Of a DNA stretch of 64,000 nucleotides, positions 27,244 through 37,400 are shown piece after piece. The number at the start of each line of letters is the position of its first letter. Position 1 is the first letter of the stretch. The position numbers and the translations under genes were made by a program. The stretch is from Pyrinomonadaceae bacterium. GTDB taxonomy: Bacteria; Acidobacteriota; Blastocatellia; Pyrinomonadales; Pyrinomonadaceae. Location of the stretch: positions 32,001 through 96,000 of the forward strand of contig JBKBYA010000001.1 in the NCBI GenBank assembly GCA_046313635.1. The letters are read 5' to 3'. Below the pieces are notes generated by a model. The model made no database searches. It was not told where the DNA came from and saw only the letters and a list, made by a program, of their open reading frames with translations.

Positions 27244-28056
27244 ATGATGAGCATCCTCCTACACGACGGCGTCGAGATGACAGGCTTTCCGGATTCGGTC
27301 GAGAACGCTCCTCGACGGGCTCGAGCCTCAGCCAAGAACAAACCGACCGACGAGTTTCCGCTCCTGACCGAAAAGCTCTCCGTGCCCGCCACGAGCGGCC
27401 TCGTCGAACGGCCTCGTCTCGGAGCCCTCCTCGAGCGTTCGCTCTCGCAGTGCTGCGTGACGCTGCTCTCGGGCCGGGCCGGAACGGGAAAGACCGCTCT
27501 TGCCGCCGAATTTGCCCGGACCTACGACAAGGTCGCCTGGTACACCCTAGACGCGTCAGATGTCGAATGGGATGTATTCTCAAAGTATTTCGCGGCCGCA
27601 ATGTCGACCGTCGCACGGCGGCCGAGCCTCATGCGGCTGCGTCTGAACAAAAAAGCCGCGGACGGCGGGTCTCTGATCGACAAGTTCCTGATCGACACCT
27701 TCGGCTATATGCCGGCCAATCGCAAAAAGCCGGTCCTTGTGGTCCTCGACGACCTGCATCGGATTTTCGACGCGGAGTGGTTTGGCGACTTTTTTAATAT
27801 GCTCGTGTATTCTCTGCCGGAGAATATGCACCTGCTGCTCCTCTGCCGCAGCAAGCCGCCCGCTCCGCTTTGGCGGCTGCGATCAAAGCAGATGCTCAAC
27901 GTGATCGACGAAAAGCTGCTCGCCTTTGACGACGAAGAATCGCGGCGGCTGCTGGCCGGCTCGGGACTGGGCGAACAAGCGATCGCCCGTCTGAGGGACG
28001 AGTCGTTCGGCCGCGTCTCAAAGATGCTCGAGGTCGCCGGGCGCTCCGCCGGCTGA
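27244..28056 (+). CDS. MalT-like STAND/AAA+ ATPase domain-only protein
   Basis: EKLSVP..LVERPRL, GRAGTGKT Walker A, LVVLDDLH Walker B, LAFDDEE. Homologous to the N-terminus of the next gene but lacks TPR and DNA-binding domains. Confidence 0.82.
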   Translation: MMSILLHDGVEMTGFPDSVENAPRRARASAKNKPTDEFPLLTEKLSVPATSGLVERPRLGALLERSLSQCCVTLLSGRAGTGKTALAAEFARTYDKVAWYTLDASDVEWDVFSKYFAAAMSTVARRPSLMRLRLNKKAADGGSLIDKFLIDTFGYMPANRKKPVLVVLDDLHRIFDAEWFGDFFNMLVYSLPENMHLLLLCRSKPPAPLWRLRSKQMLNVIDEKLLAFDDEESRRLLAGSGLGEQAIARLRDESFGRVSKMLEVAGRSAG

Positions 28057-28106
28057 ACGCGATCCTGCCTGCCGCCCTCCGCTGTGGCATAATACGGTCG
28101 CCGCCG

Positions 28107-31100
28107 ATGACTCAACCGATGCAGCGATCGAGCTTCTTCCTCAGAACAAAGCTGCTGCCGCCGCGCGCGGTGACCGAGCTGCTCGACCGGCCGCGCCTGA
28201 CCGATCGGCTCCAGGCCAATCTCGACGCTCCGATCACGCTCGTCGCGGCCGACGCCGGCTGCGGCAAGACGACGCTGATCGCCGATTTTATCCGGCGGCA
28301 GACGCGGCCCTCGGTCTGGTACCAGCTCGATCATACGGATGCCGACCCGGTCGTCTTCCTGACCTACGTCGCCCACGGGATCAAGAATCAGTTCCCGGAT
28401 TTTGGCGACGCGGTGCTCGCGTATCTCTCTGAGGCCAACGAAGAATTGCTCCGCTATCCCGAACGCGGCGCCGACGTGCTCCTCAACGATCTGCTGGAGT
28501 CGGTCGAGCAGCCTTTTATCCTGGTCCTCGACGATTACCATCACATCGGCCGCGAGACGGTCGTGCACAAGCTGGTCGATCGGCTGCTCCAATACTCGTC
28601 AGACCTGATGCACCTGATCGTCACGACGCGCGACCTGCCGCCGCTCGCGATCATGCGGCGGCGTGCGCAGTCGGCGGCGCTCGTGATCAGCCGAGGCGAT
28701 CTGCTTTTTACCGACGACGAGGTGCGGGCTCTCTTTGAACGCACGCTCGGCGTCGAGCTCCGTGACGAGGAGATCGCCGAGTACCGCGACCGCACGCACG
28801 GCTGGATCACGGCTCTGCAGCTCGTCCGCCAGGTCGCGCAGCAGAATATGCACACGGCCGGCGGCGAACCGGCGCGGCCCGATCTGCATGAGGTGCTGCG
28901 GCAGTCCGAGCGCGACATCTTTGACTATTTTGCCGAGGAGGTGCTCTCGCGCGAGCCGGCCGAGACGCAGCACCTGCTGCTCTATCTCTCGCTGCTCGAG
29001 ACGCTGCAGCTCGACATCTGCAGCCGCGTCTTCCCGGATCTGAGATGTTCGGCGTCGCTGCCCGAGCTCGCGCAAAAGAACGTCTTCCTGACGGTCGCGG
29101 GCGACGGCGGGTCGGCAGAGGAATATCGCTTTCATCCGTTGTTTCGCGATTTTTTGCGCCGCCGTCTGCGGAGCGAGATCGGCCAGGCCCGCGTTGCCGA
29201 ACAGCGCGTGCGCATCGCCGAATACTTTATCGAGCAGAAGCAATGGGAAGCCGCGATGCCGTACCTGCTGGCCGCTCCCGCCTACGATCGCGCCGCCGAG
29301 ATCATCGCGGCGACCGGCGGCGAATGGATCGCGGCAGGCGCGTTCACGTCGCTCGGTCTGTTTGCCGACCAGGTCCCGCAGGAGCATCTCGAAAAATATC
29401 CGCAGGCGCTGCTGCACCGCGCCGAGGTCGCGAGGCTGCAGGGCGAGATCGAGCGCTCGTCAAAGCTCCTGCACCGGGCGGTCGCTCTGCTCGGCGAATC
29501 GGGCGATAGGGCAAGCGAGGCCGAGGCGCTGCATTCGCTCGCGAGTCTCGCCAGGCGGCGCGGCAGATTTTCGGAGGCGTTCGAGCTGCTCGAGCGCGCC
29601 GAGACCCTTGTCTCGCCCGAGTCCGAAACGTATCTCAAATGCGCAAACACGCGCGGGCTGTGCCTGATCGTTAAGGGCGACCTCGCCGGGGCCGAGCAGC
29701 AGTTTCGTCTCGCGCTCGAGATCGCCGAGCGACAGTCAAATGAGCGCTACATTCGGCTCGTGACGCACAACCTCGCACTCGCTCCGGGACTGCGGGGCGA
29801 CTTTGGCGAGGCCCTGCGGTGGTTCAAGCGCATCTTTCGCACCGGGCAGCCCGAAAAGCCGCTCCCGCAGGAGGCGATCGGTCATCTCAACGTCGCGCGT
29901 CTGCACCTGTACCGCGGCGAGCTCGCCGAGACCGAGCGGCACCTGCACAAGGCGCTCGATCTGTGCCAGCTCTACAATCTCAAATTTTTGCTCGGCGAGA
30001 TCCTGGAGGCCTTTGGCAATTTTTATCGCGAGCGAAAGGACTTTGCCCATGCTGAGGAGTATTACGAGCGTGCGGCGGCGGCGTACGACGAGGCCGAGAT
30101 CGATATCAGCACCAAAGAGCTCAACGAGGAGCGCGGCACATTCTATCTCGAGCGCGGCGATCTGGCGCGTGCGCGGCGGATACTCGAGTCGCTGGTCGCC
30201 GTGCGCGAGCGGCAAGGGAGCGAGCTCGGCGTCGAGACCGCGCGGCTGCGGCTCCTGCAGGTCGATCTCGCCGAGAAAAAGTTTGACGGCCTCGCCGATA
30301 CGATCGCCGAGCTGGCCGAGAGCTTTCGCCTGCACAATCAGTACTACTACGAGGCGCAGGCGTCGCTCCTGCTTGCCGAGACGTACTTTGAGACCGAGCA
30401 GACGCCGCTCGTCGGCGAGCCGCTGCAGAGAGCTCTCGACCTGTCGGCACGGTTTGACTACGATTACTGGCTGCGCGGCGAGATCAGGCGGCACCCGCGG
30501 ATCTTTTTAAGCGAAGACATTTTTGAAAAACTGCCGCCCGACCTGCGCGAGGAGCTCGCGGCGCGGCCGGCCGCGGCGGTCGTCGACGTATCGATCTCTC
30601 AGCCGACGACGGCGGCCGAGCTGCTGACCGATCTTACGGTGCGCGTGCTCGGGCCGGTCGAGATCTTTCGCGACCCGACGGCGCCGTTTGCGGCCGACGC
30701 GTGGACGACGCGGCGGGCACGCGACATCTTTTGCTACATCGCGACGAGCAAGCATCGCCGCGTCGCAAAGGATGTACTGATCGAGGCGTTTTGGCCCGGC
30801 GAGGACCCGGCCGTGATCGAAAAGAACTTTCACCCGACGATCTCGCATATCCGCAAGGCACTCAACAGCCGGCAGCCTTTTAAGCAGAATTTCATACTCT
30901 TTCGTGACGGCGCGTACCAGCTCAATCCCGAGCTCAGCTACTCGATCGACAGCGAAGAGTTTGAACGCCACATCGCCGACGCCGAGGCCGCCAAACGCGA
31001 AAAGGACCAGGCCGCACTCCGCTCCGCGCTCGAGTTGGCCTACCGGCTCTACCGCGGCGAATTTATGTCCGGCGTCTACGACGACTGGGCCGAGGAGCGG

Positions 31101-31388
31101 CGTGCATTCTACTCCGAGCAGTTTGCCCGCGTCGCCGCCGCGCTCGCCAAGCAGACCTTTAACGAAAAGAACTGGTCGGCCGCGGTCAAATACGCGAACG
31201 AGGTGCTCAAGGACGACCCTTACCGCGAGGACATGCACCGCCTCATCATGAAAACCCTCGCCGCCCAATCAAAACCCGCCGCCGTCAAAAAACACTTTGC
31301 CGAGCTAGAGTCGCTCCTCAAAAAAGACCTCGGCGTCGACCCCGCCCCCGAAACCCGCCGCCTGATGCAGGAACTCGCGTCGCAGTAG
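28107..31388 (+). CDS. STAND ATPase-TPR-winged helix/BTAD (SARP-type) transcriptional activator
   Basis: RTKLLPP, DAGCGKTT, LVLDDYH, THGWITAL, YRFHPLF, TPR-like helices. C-terminal VRVLGP..FWP..TISHIRKAL wHTH and LYRGEF..DPYREDMH..LGVDPAPET BTAD. Confidence 0.9.
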   Translation: MTQPMQRSSFFLRTKLLPPRAVTELLDRPRLTDRLQANLDAPITLVAADAGCGKTTLIADFIRRQTRPSVWYQLDHTDADPVVFLTYVAHGIKNQFPDFGDAVLAYLSEANEELLRYPERGADVLLNDLLESVEQPFILVLDDYHHIGRETVVHKLVDRLLQYSSDLMHLIVTTRDLPPLAIMRRRAQSAALVISRGDLLFTDDEVRALFERTLGVELRDEEIAEYRDRTHGWITALQLVRQVAQQNMHTAGGEPARPDLHEVLRQSERDIFDYFAEEVLSREPAETQHLLLYLSLLETLQLDICSRVFPDLRCSASLPELAQKNVFLTVAGDGGSAEEYRFHPLFRDFLRRRLRSEIGQARVAEQRVRIAEYFIEQKQWEAAMPYLLAAPAYDRAAEIIAATGGEWIAAGAFTSLGLFADQVPQEHLEKYPQALLHRAEVARLQGEIERSSKLLHRAVALLGESGDRASEAEALHSLASLARRRGRFSEAFELLERAETLVSPESETYLKCANTRGLCLIVKGDLAGAEQQFRLALEIAERQSNERYIRLVTHNLALAPGLRGDFGEALRWFKRIFRTGQPEKPLPQEAIGHLNVARLHLYRGELAETERHLHKALDLCQLYNLKFLLGEILEAFGNFYRERKDFAHAEEYYERAAAAYDEAEIDISTKELNEERGTFYLERGDLARARRILESLVAVRERQGSELGVETARLRLLQVDLAEKKFDGLADTIAELAESFRLHNQYYYEAQASLLLAETYFETEQTPLVGEPLQRALDLSARFDYDYWLRGEIRRHPRIFLSEDIFEKLPPDLREELAARPAAAVVDVSISQPTTAAELLTDLTVRVLGPVEIFRDPTAPFAADAWTTRRARDIFCYIATSKHRRVAKDVLIEAFWPGEDPAVIEKNFHPTISHIRKALNSRQPFKQNFILFRDGAYQLNPELSYSIDSEEFERHIADAEAAKREKDQAALRSALELAYRLYRGEFMSGVYDDWAEERRAFYSEQFARVAAALAKQTFNEKNWSAAVKYANEVLKDDPYREDMHRLIMKTLAAQSKPAAVKKHFAELESLLKKDLGVDPAPETRRLMQELASQ

Positions 31389-31392
31389 AGAT

Positions 31393-31545
31393 CGGACGAC
31401 GTCCGTAAAGCGGACGACGTCCGGCACGCGGACGCCCCCGTCCGCATTGAGCGTCGCCCCGACGCGAACGGGGCGTGGGTATTGTCGGCCCATCGTCCGG
31501 CGCCGGCTTCGGGCCTTGATCTCATTGCGGACGAGGGCGTCCGCG
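31393..31545. repeat. REP/REPIN-like inverted doublet of palindromic arms
   Basis: CGCGGACGCCCCCGTCCGCATTGAG (31427-31451) pairs with 31521-31545 at 23/25. CGGACGACGTCCG occurs at 31393 and 31411. Confidence 0.75.
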
Positions 31546-31555
31546 CTCCGATCGG

Positions 31556-31621
31556 CTCAAGTCCTCCTCAAGCGCCTCTAGTTCACCGCTCAAGTATTTC
31601 TCAAAGCCCATTAATTAGTAT
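31556..31621 (+). promoter_or_regulatory. SARP-type promoter of the second S8 protease
   Basis: CTCAAG at 31556, 31567, 31589 and CTCAAA at 31600 (spacing 11, 22, 11). TAGTAT at 31616-31621. Confidence 0.85.
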
Positions 31622-31665
31622 CGCGGCAATTGGTCCCAATCAATTTTTGTTAGGGGAGAAATGCC

Positions 31666-34257
31666 GTGAAAAACGAATCTACGAGTACTTTGAGAAAGAT
31701 CTTTTGTCTGCTGCTTATGTTTGCGGTGAGCGGCGTGTGGACGTTTGGCGGGCTGCCGATGCTGAGCGGGGCACGCCAGGCGTCGGCTGCCGCCGCGCCC
31801 GCCGTGCCGCAGGCCCCGAAACTGAGCCCGTCCTTTGAGACCGGCCTTGCCGGCGTGTCTGACGAAACGCCGGTCGGGATGGCGATCGTGTCTTTTAACA
31901 CCACCAACGGGCTGCAGGAGTCGCACCTCGACATTCTTCGCAGTGTCGGTGTGGTCGGCGGACAGACGTTCCCGACGCTCGGGATGGTCGCCCAGCCGAT
32001 GACGGCCGGCCAGGTGCGGGCCCTTGCCGCGCGGCCCGAGGTCGCCTCGGTGTGGTCAAACGACCAGCTTACTTACTACATGGAGAGCGCTCGTACGCTT
32101 ACCGGCGTCGAAAAGCTCCGCATCGACGCGGGCTTTACGCGGCTCAACGGCGGAATGCCTGTTTCGGGCGACGGCGACTTCAGCGTGATGGTGATCGACT
32201 CGGGTGTCGACGCGACTCACGCCGACCTGCAGTTTGGGCCAAAGGTCGTGCAAAACGTACAGACCATCGTCGGCGCGGGAACGCTGCCGGGCTTTACGCC
32301 TAACGTCTCGATCGAAAACGTCCCCAATACCGACCAGTCGGTGGGTCACGGCACGCATTGCGCCGGCATCATCGGCGGCACGGGCGCACGCTCGGGCGGG
32401 GCTTACGCCGGTGTCGCGCCGGGAGCAAAGATCATCGGTGCGGGCCTCGGCGCCGGACTCTTTGTCCTTAACGCGATCGCCGCATGGGAATGGGGATTGA
32501 CCAATCAATATCGCTACAAGATCCGCGTCGTCAGCAACTCCTACGGCAGCGCCGCGGCCTATAATCCCAACAATCCGATCATGCGGGCCGCCGAGCTCGC
32601 TCATGACCGCAACATTACGGTACTTTTTGCCGGAGCCAACTCGGGCCCGGCCAAGGGTACCTGGAATCAGTACGCCAAGTCGCCAAAGGTGATCGGTGTC
32701 GCCGCCGGATCAAAAGAGGGCGAACTTGCGAGCTTCTCGTCTCGCGGCACGCCGCGCGAAGAGCGTCTCGGCAACGCCGACCCGCTCGACGACTTTGACG
32801 CGCCGACGATCACCGCGCCCGGGACGGGCCGTGTCTTCGCGTCCAATGCCGGCCGCTTCTCGACCGACATCGTCTCGGTCCGCGCGACCTCTAACCTCAG
32901 CTCAAACGGCACGACCGACGACGCCGAGCTCCCGGCCTCGGCCATTCCCTTCTACACGCAGATCTCCGGTACGTCGATGGCCACGCCCTTCGCCGCCGGA
33001 GTGGTCGCCCTGATGCTCGACGCCGATCCGACGCTGACGCCTGACGAGATCAAGCAGATCCTCGTCGACACCGCGTCCAAGATGCCGGGACGCGCCGAGT
33101 GGGAGGTCGGTGCCGGCTACATCAACGCCTACGCGGCCGTCGACAAGGTCTATAACCGATCGCGGTCGTATGCCAATTTCCAGGAGACGAGCTACAACGC
33201 CGTCTTTAGCGAAGAGCGTCCGCCGGTGCAGAACTTTAATATCAACTTCAACCCGGCCGCGACGCCCGGAACGACGTCGTCCAACGCACGCCCGTTCACG
33301 GTCGAGCCGGGAATGAACGTCCTCGACGTCTTCGGTCGGGCGACGACCAATCCGTCGACCGGCTACACCAACGCGGTCGGCATAATACTCCATTCGCCGG
33401 ACGGAACGATCTACTCGAGCGGCATCAAGCTGCCGATCCTCGACAGCACCGTGCGTCAGGTGATCGTGCAGAATCCGATCCCCGGAACGTGGTACATCGA
33501 GATCCGCGGAGCACGCGGTCTGGCGGCCGTTCCAGGGGTCTCGCTGCCGACAAGCGGGGCTGCCGCCCCCGGCCCGGTGACCGGAACGATCACACAGACC
33601 AAATTCATCCTGCCGGTGATCGCAGACATCCTCGGCCACCAGCAGCAGGCTGCCATCGAAAAGGCCCTCAAGGACCGCGTCATCGACATTTACGCTGACG
33701 GCAGCTTCCGCCCCGACCAGGTCGTTACCCGTGAGGACCTCGCCCGGTCGCTCGTGCTCAATACGACACTCCGTCAATCGCTCGGGCCCGCTCCTAAGTT
33801 CACGGATGTCGCCGGCGATCTCGCACGCATCGCCGAGGCCGTCACCGCAAAGGGCTCGACACTGCGCGACTATGACTTCACGCCGGCGGGGATGATGAGC
33901 TTCAGCGGCTCGACATTCAACCCGACGGGCTCGGTCAACCGCCTCGACCTCGCGGTCGCTCTCATCAGGGCACTCGGTCACGACGCAGCGGCGCGTTCGC
34001 TCGCCAACACCACGGTGACCTTTAACGGCACCGCGCTGTCGGACAACGCACAGATCCCCGGCGCTCTGCGCGGCTACGTACAGCTCGCGATCAATAAGGG
34101 TCTGTTCGAGGCGTTCCCGGCCGAGGTCAGGCAGATCGGCCCCGGACAGTACCAGGTCATTCCGGGACCGCGGTTCGAGCCGGCGACGACCGTGACGCGT
34201 GCGACGCTCGCCTCGAAACTCAATTCATACCGCCAGCTCTTCACTACAGGCGGCTGA
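31666..34257 (+). CDS. Secreted S8 subtilase with C-terminal SLH-like repeats
   Basis: Signal peptide, VIDSG, HGTHCAG, GTSMATP; DGSFRPDQVVTREDLA SLH-like motif. Confidence 0.92.
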   Translation: MKNESTSTLRKIFCLLLMFAVSGVWTFGGLPMLSGARQASAAAAPAVPQAPKLSPSFETGLAGVSDETPVGMAIVSFNTTNGLQESHLDILRSVGVVGGQTFPTLGMVAQPMTAGQVRALAARPEVASVWSNDQLTYYMESARTLTGVEKLRIDAGFTRLNGGMPVSGDGDFSVMVIDSGVDATHADLQFGPKVVQNVQTIVGAGTLPGFTPNVSIENVPNTDQSVGHGTHCAGIIGGTGARSGGAYAGVAPGAKIIGAGLGAGLFVLNAIAAWEWGLTNQYRYKIRVVSNSYGSAAAYNPNNPIMRAAELAHDRNITVLFAGANSGPAKGTWNQYAKSPKVIGVAAGSKEGELASFSSRGTPREERLGNADPLDDFDAPTITAPGTGRVFASNAGRFSTDIVSVRATSNLSSNGTTDDAELPASAIPFYTQISGTSMATPFAAGVVALMLDADPTLTPDEIKQILVDTASKMPGRAEWEVGAGYINAYAAVDKVYNRSRSYANFQETSYNAVFSEERPPVQNFNINFNPAATPGTTSSNARPFTVEPGMNVLDVFGRATTNPSTGYTNAVGIILHSPDGTIYSSGIKLPILDSTVRQVIVQNPIPGTWYIEIRGARGLAAVPGVSLPTSGAAAPGPVTGTITQTKFILPVIADILGHQQQAAIEKALKDRVIDIYADGSFRPDQVVTREDLARSLVLNTTLRQSLGPAPKFTDVAGDLARIAEAVTAKGSTLRDYDFTPAGMMSFSGSTFNPTGSVNRLDLAVALIRALGHDAAARSLANTTVTFNGTALSDNAQIPGALRGYVQLAINKGLFEAFPAEVRQIGPGQYQVIPGPRFEPATTVTRATLASKLNSYRQLFTTGG

Positions 34258-34293
34258 TCGTCTCGTTCCCGGCGGGGGCAGGGAACGAGCGTT

Positions 34294-34331
34294 AAGAGCG
34301 GGACTCTCCACGCATCGAGAGTCCCGCTCTT
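34294..34331 (+). terminator. 15-bp perfect hairpin after the S8 gene
   Basis: AAGAGCGGGACTCTC and GAGAGTCCCGCTCTT; a second hairpin lies at 34262-34289. U-tract is weak. Confidence 0.6.
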
Positions 34332-34334
34332 GCT

Positions 34335-34400
34335 CTCAACCTTTCCTCAAGAGCCGCGGACCTGCCCGTCAAGCGTTTCTCAAGAACGCATTTTTAACAT
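34335..34400 (+). promoter_or_regulatory. SARP-type promoter of the metalloprotease
   Basis: CTCAAC 34335, CTCAAG 34346, GTCAAG 34368, CTCAAG 34379 (spacing 11, 22, 11). TAACAT at 34395-34400. Confidence 0.85.
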
Positions 34401-34456
34401 CACGACCATCGGTTCGAATTATTAGAAAACAACAGCAAGCAACCTCGGAGGAGAAG

Positions 34457-37400
34457 ATGAAAAGCAATGCGAAGAGAACAAGCAGGGAGACACGACTAAG
34501 ACTCGCGCTCGTCGCGGTCGTCTGGTCGCTCGTGATCGGGGCGGTCGTTTGGCAGCCATGGACACGTTCGGCAAAGGCGGCGATCGACGTCGGAGCTGAC
34601 CCGACCGCAGCGATGTATCGACGCTCGGCCCCGCAATTCGATCTCAACATTTCCCGCGCGCTGCCAAACGTAAGGCAGGCCACAGGTGACCAGCTCCAGG
34701 CCCTCAACCGACTCAAGGCCGCCGCCGGCGCGCCTAACATGACAGCTCGCTGGAACGACTTTGGCGGGTCGCCCGACGTGATGTATGACTTCGCATCGCA
34801 GCCGTTTCAGGGCACGCCGGAGGAGGCGGGACGTGCATTCATCAACCAGAATGCCGCCCTTTTCGGCGTGAGCGAGTCAAACAACGTGAGGCTCTTCAGC
34901 CAGACCGACGCTCTGGGCGGGAAGCTCCTCCGATTTCAGCAGACATTCAACGGAATTCCTGTGACCAATGGCGGCATCGGCATCGTGCTGAACGCGAACA
35001 ACCAGGTCGTCATGGCCTCGGGCCCGTTCTTCCGTGACGTCGCGGTCAACACTCAGCCGACCCTCTCGGCCGAACAGGCGCGAGCGGCGGCCGACGCCGA
35101 TCTGGCGCGTTTTGCGGCAGACGTCCCGGCCGCGGTCGCCGATCTGCTTCGCACCGGCCTCGACATCCTTACACAGCAGGTCGGCAATGCCGCCAATGTA
35201 GAGCCGAGGCTCGGCATTTACCCGACCGCCGACGGCTACCGCCTTGTCTGGAAGGTCGGCAAGTTCTCGACAAATCCCTTCGGCCTCTACGTCGTCTCGG
35301 TCGATGCGCACACAGGCGAGGTCGTCCAGCGCCACGATTACGTGACCTACCAGACGAATCAGGTGCTGCCTTTCACGGCCGATATCTATCCCAAGTACCC
35401 GCGTATCACGCAGGAGCTCAAGGATCAGGGCATCATCAGCGTCTGCGGCGACCGCCCGTGCGACCAGGTCCGCGCACAGCTCAGAAAGTTTGACCCGAGC
35501 AACGTCACGACCGGCGTCAACGGTACGCTGACCGGCACACACACGGTCGTCAACAACGCGCTGGCGACCAAGCAGCCTTTTGCCCAGGCGGCGCGAGGCA
35601 CATGGCACTTTGCCAAGAACGATCCGGTGAATTTCGAAGGCCGGACGAATGAGCAGGACCACTTTGCCGAGCCGGCCGAGCATCAGGACGAGATCAACGC
35701 ATTCTTCTTCACGACCTATCTGCTCGAGTATGTCGATCACCTGCACCGTGCGGGCGACCCCGGAACGTTCGGCTCGACCGGAGCCTTCCCCGATCAGTAC
35801 CCGAACTCGTCCACGCCCCTGCCGGCAACGGTGCACATTCCGGACGTGCTTACGCCGCTTGCGGGCAGACAGTATCCGCCGGTGACCGATCCCGAGTTTG
35901 CGCAAAAGGTGCTCGGGCTTGATAACGCTTTTGCGCTCAATCTGACGCCATTTATCGAGGGCATTACCGGAGAAAAGTCGCCGGTCGTGGTCAACCCGAC
36001 GGCCTATGGTCACGGTTTCCTTTTCAACGACACCGCGCTCGAGGGAACGGTGCCGTATCACGAAGGAATGCACGCCATCACCTCGCCGATCGCCGGCCTC
36101 GAGGGCATCGAAGGCGGCGGGCTTAACGAGGGCCAAGCGGATATGTGGGCCTTTACCATCACTGACAACCCGAGCCTCGGCGATTACGTGATCAATGGCT
36201 ACCGCCTGCGTCAGAGATATCGTGAGCTCAACCGGGACCCCGATTCGATCGGCTATATCCGCAGCGCAAACTCGTCGCTGAAATACTCAGACATCGCGAC
36301 CTATCGCAATCCGGCCAACGGCCAGTATGAATACGAAGAGCATCGCGACGGCGAGATCTATATGTCGACGATGTGGGACCTGCGGCAGATGCTCAACCGG
36401 ATGTATCCGCAGAATACGCAGTTCAAGCGGCCGCAGCCGAGCGACGGCGCACCCGCCAAGGCGATCACAAAGGGCACAAATATCTTTGAGCGTCTTTTCC
36501 TCGGGTCGATGTATGTCCTCGGCACGACCGCTCCGGACACCTTCGTCAAGGCCCGAGACGCGTTGGTCGTCGCCGACCAGCTCCTTTACCCGACCGATTC
36601 GACCGATTCGTCGGCACCGGGCAAGCACAGAGCCCTGATCGAGCAGCTCTTCGCGGCGAAGGAACTCGGCGTCAACGCACGCGAGTCGCTGAGCGGCGTC
36701 CCGACCATCTCGACCCAGGTGACGTCTTTTGCCGGCAGCCAGGCCGCCCCGGCGGTGCCGACCGGCGTCCAGGTCGCTCCGGCATCGACCAAGACGTTGA
36801 GGGTCTCGTGGAGCCCGGTGAGCGGAGCCTTTGCTTACGAGGTGCTTAAGCGCAAGACGCAGTACGCCAACCAGCGCGAACCGAACGGCGTCCGGGCGGT
36901 CAACGACGGCGACAGCTCGACGACGGGCTACCGCCACGTCGCGTACGTCAACGGCAGCCAGACGTCTTACATCGACGAAGGCAAGGTCCAGGGGATCTTT
37001 ACCCCGGCCGGCATCAGCAACCTGTTTGACAGCGAATACGTCGTCCGCGCGATCGGCGTCAACGCATCGGGTCAGGTCGGGTTCTCCGATATGTCGGGGT
37101 CGTCCAAGCCCAGCCAGGGCCGTCAGGACCTGACGTCGCAGGTCGACTCAGCGATCTCGAACATCTCGTTCGTTAACGGCGTGATGGCCTTTGACAACAG
37201 GCTGACCAACGCCCGCGGCGCCTTCTCGTCCGACAAGACGATCTACCAGCCGCTCGAATTCCAGATCGTCTCGATCTCGAATCCGACCGTGACGGTAAGG
37301 AATGCCGACGCCAACGGCAACACGTTTGTCTACAACCAGACACTCGCACTCGGGCAGACGTCGGCCGCCAAGCGGCTCGAGTTCAACGACCCGGCGGCGC

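Noticed and set aside
28107..31388. STAND ATPase as an anti-phage (Avs-type) defence protein
   Set aside because: It has no nuclease, TIR or SIR2 effector. It carries a wHTH-BTAD output domain and matching promoter repeats lie nearby.
31661..31669. Minimal ATG-CCG-TGA ORF overlapping the GTG start of the S8 gene
   Set aside because: The ATG is only 2-3 nt from the GGGGAG RBS, while the GTG has normal spacing. Probably chance.
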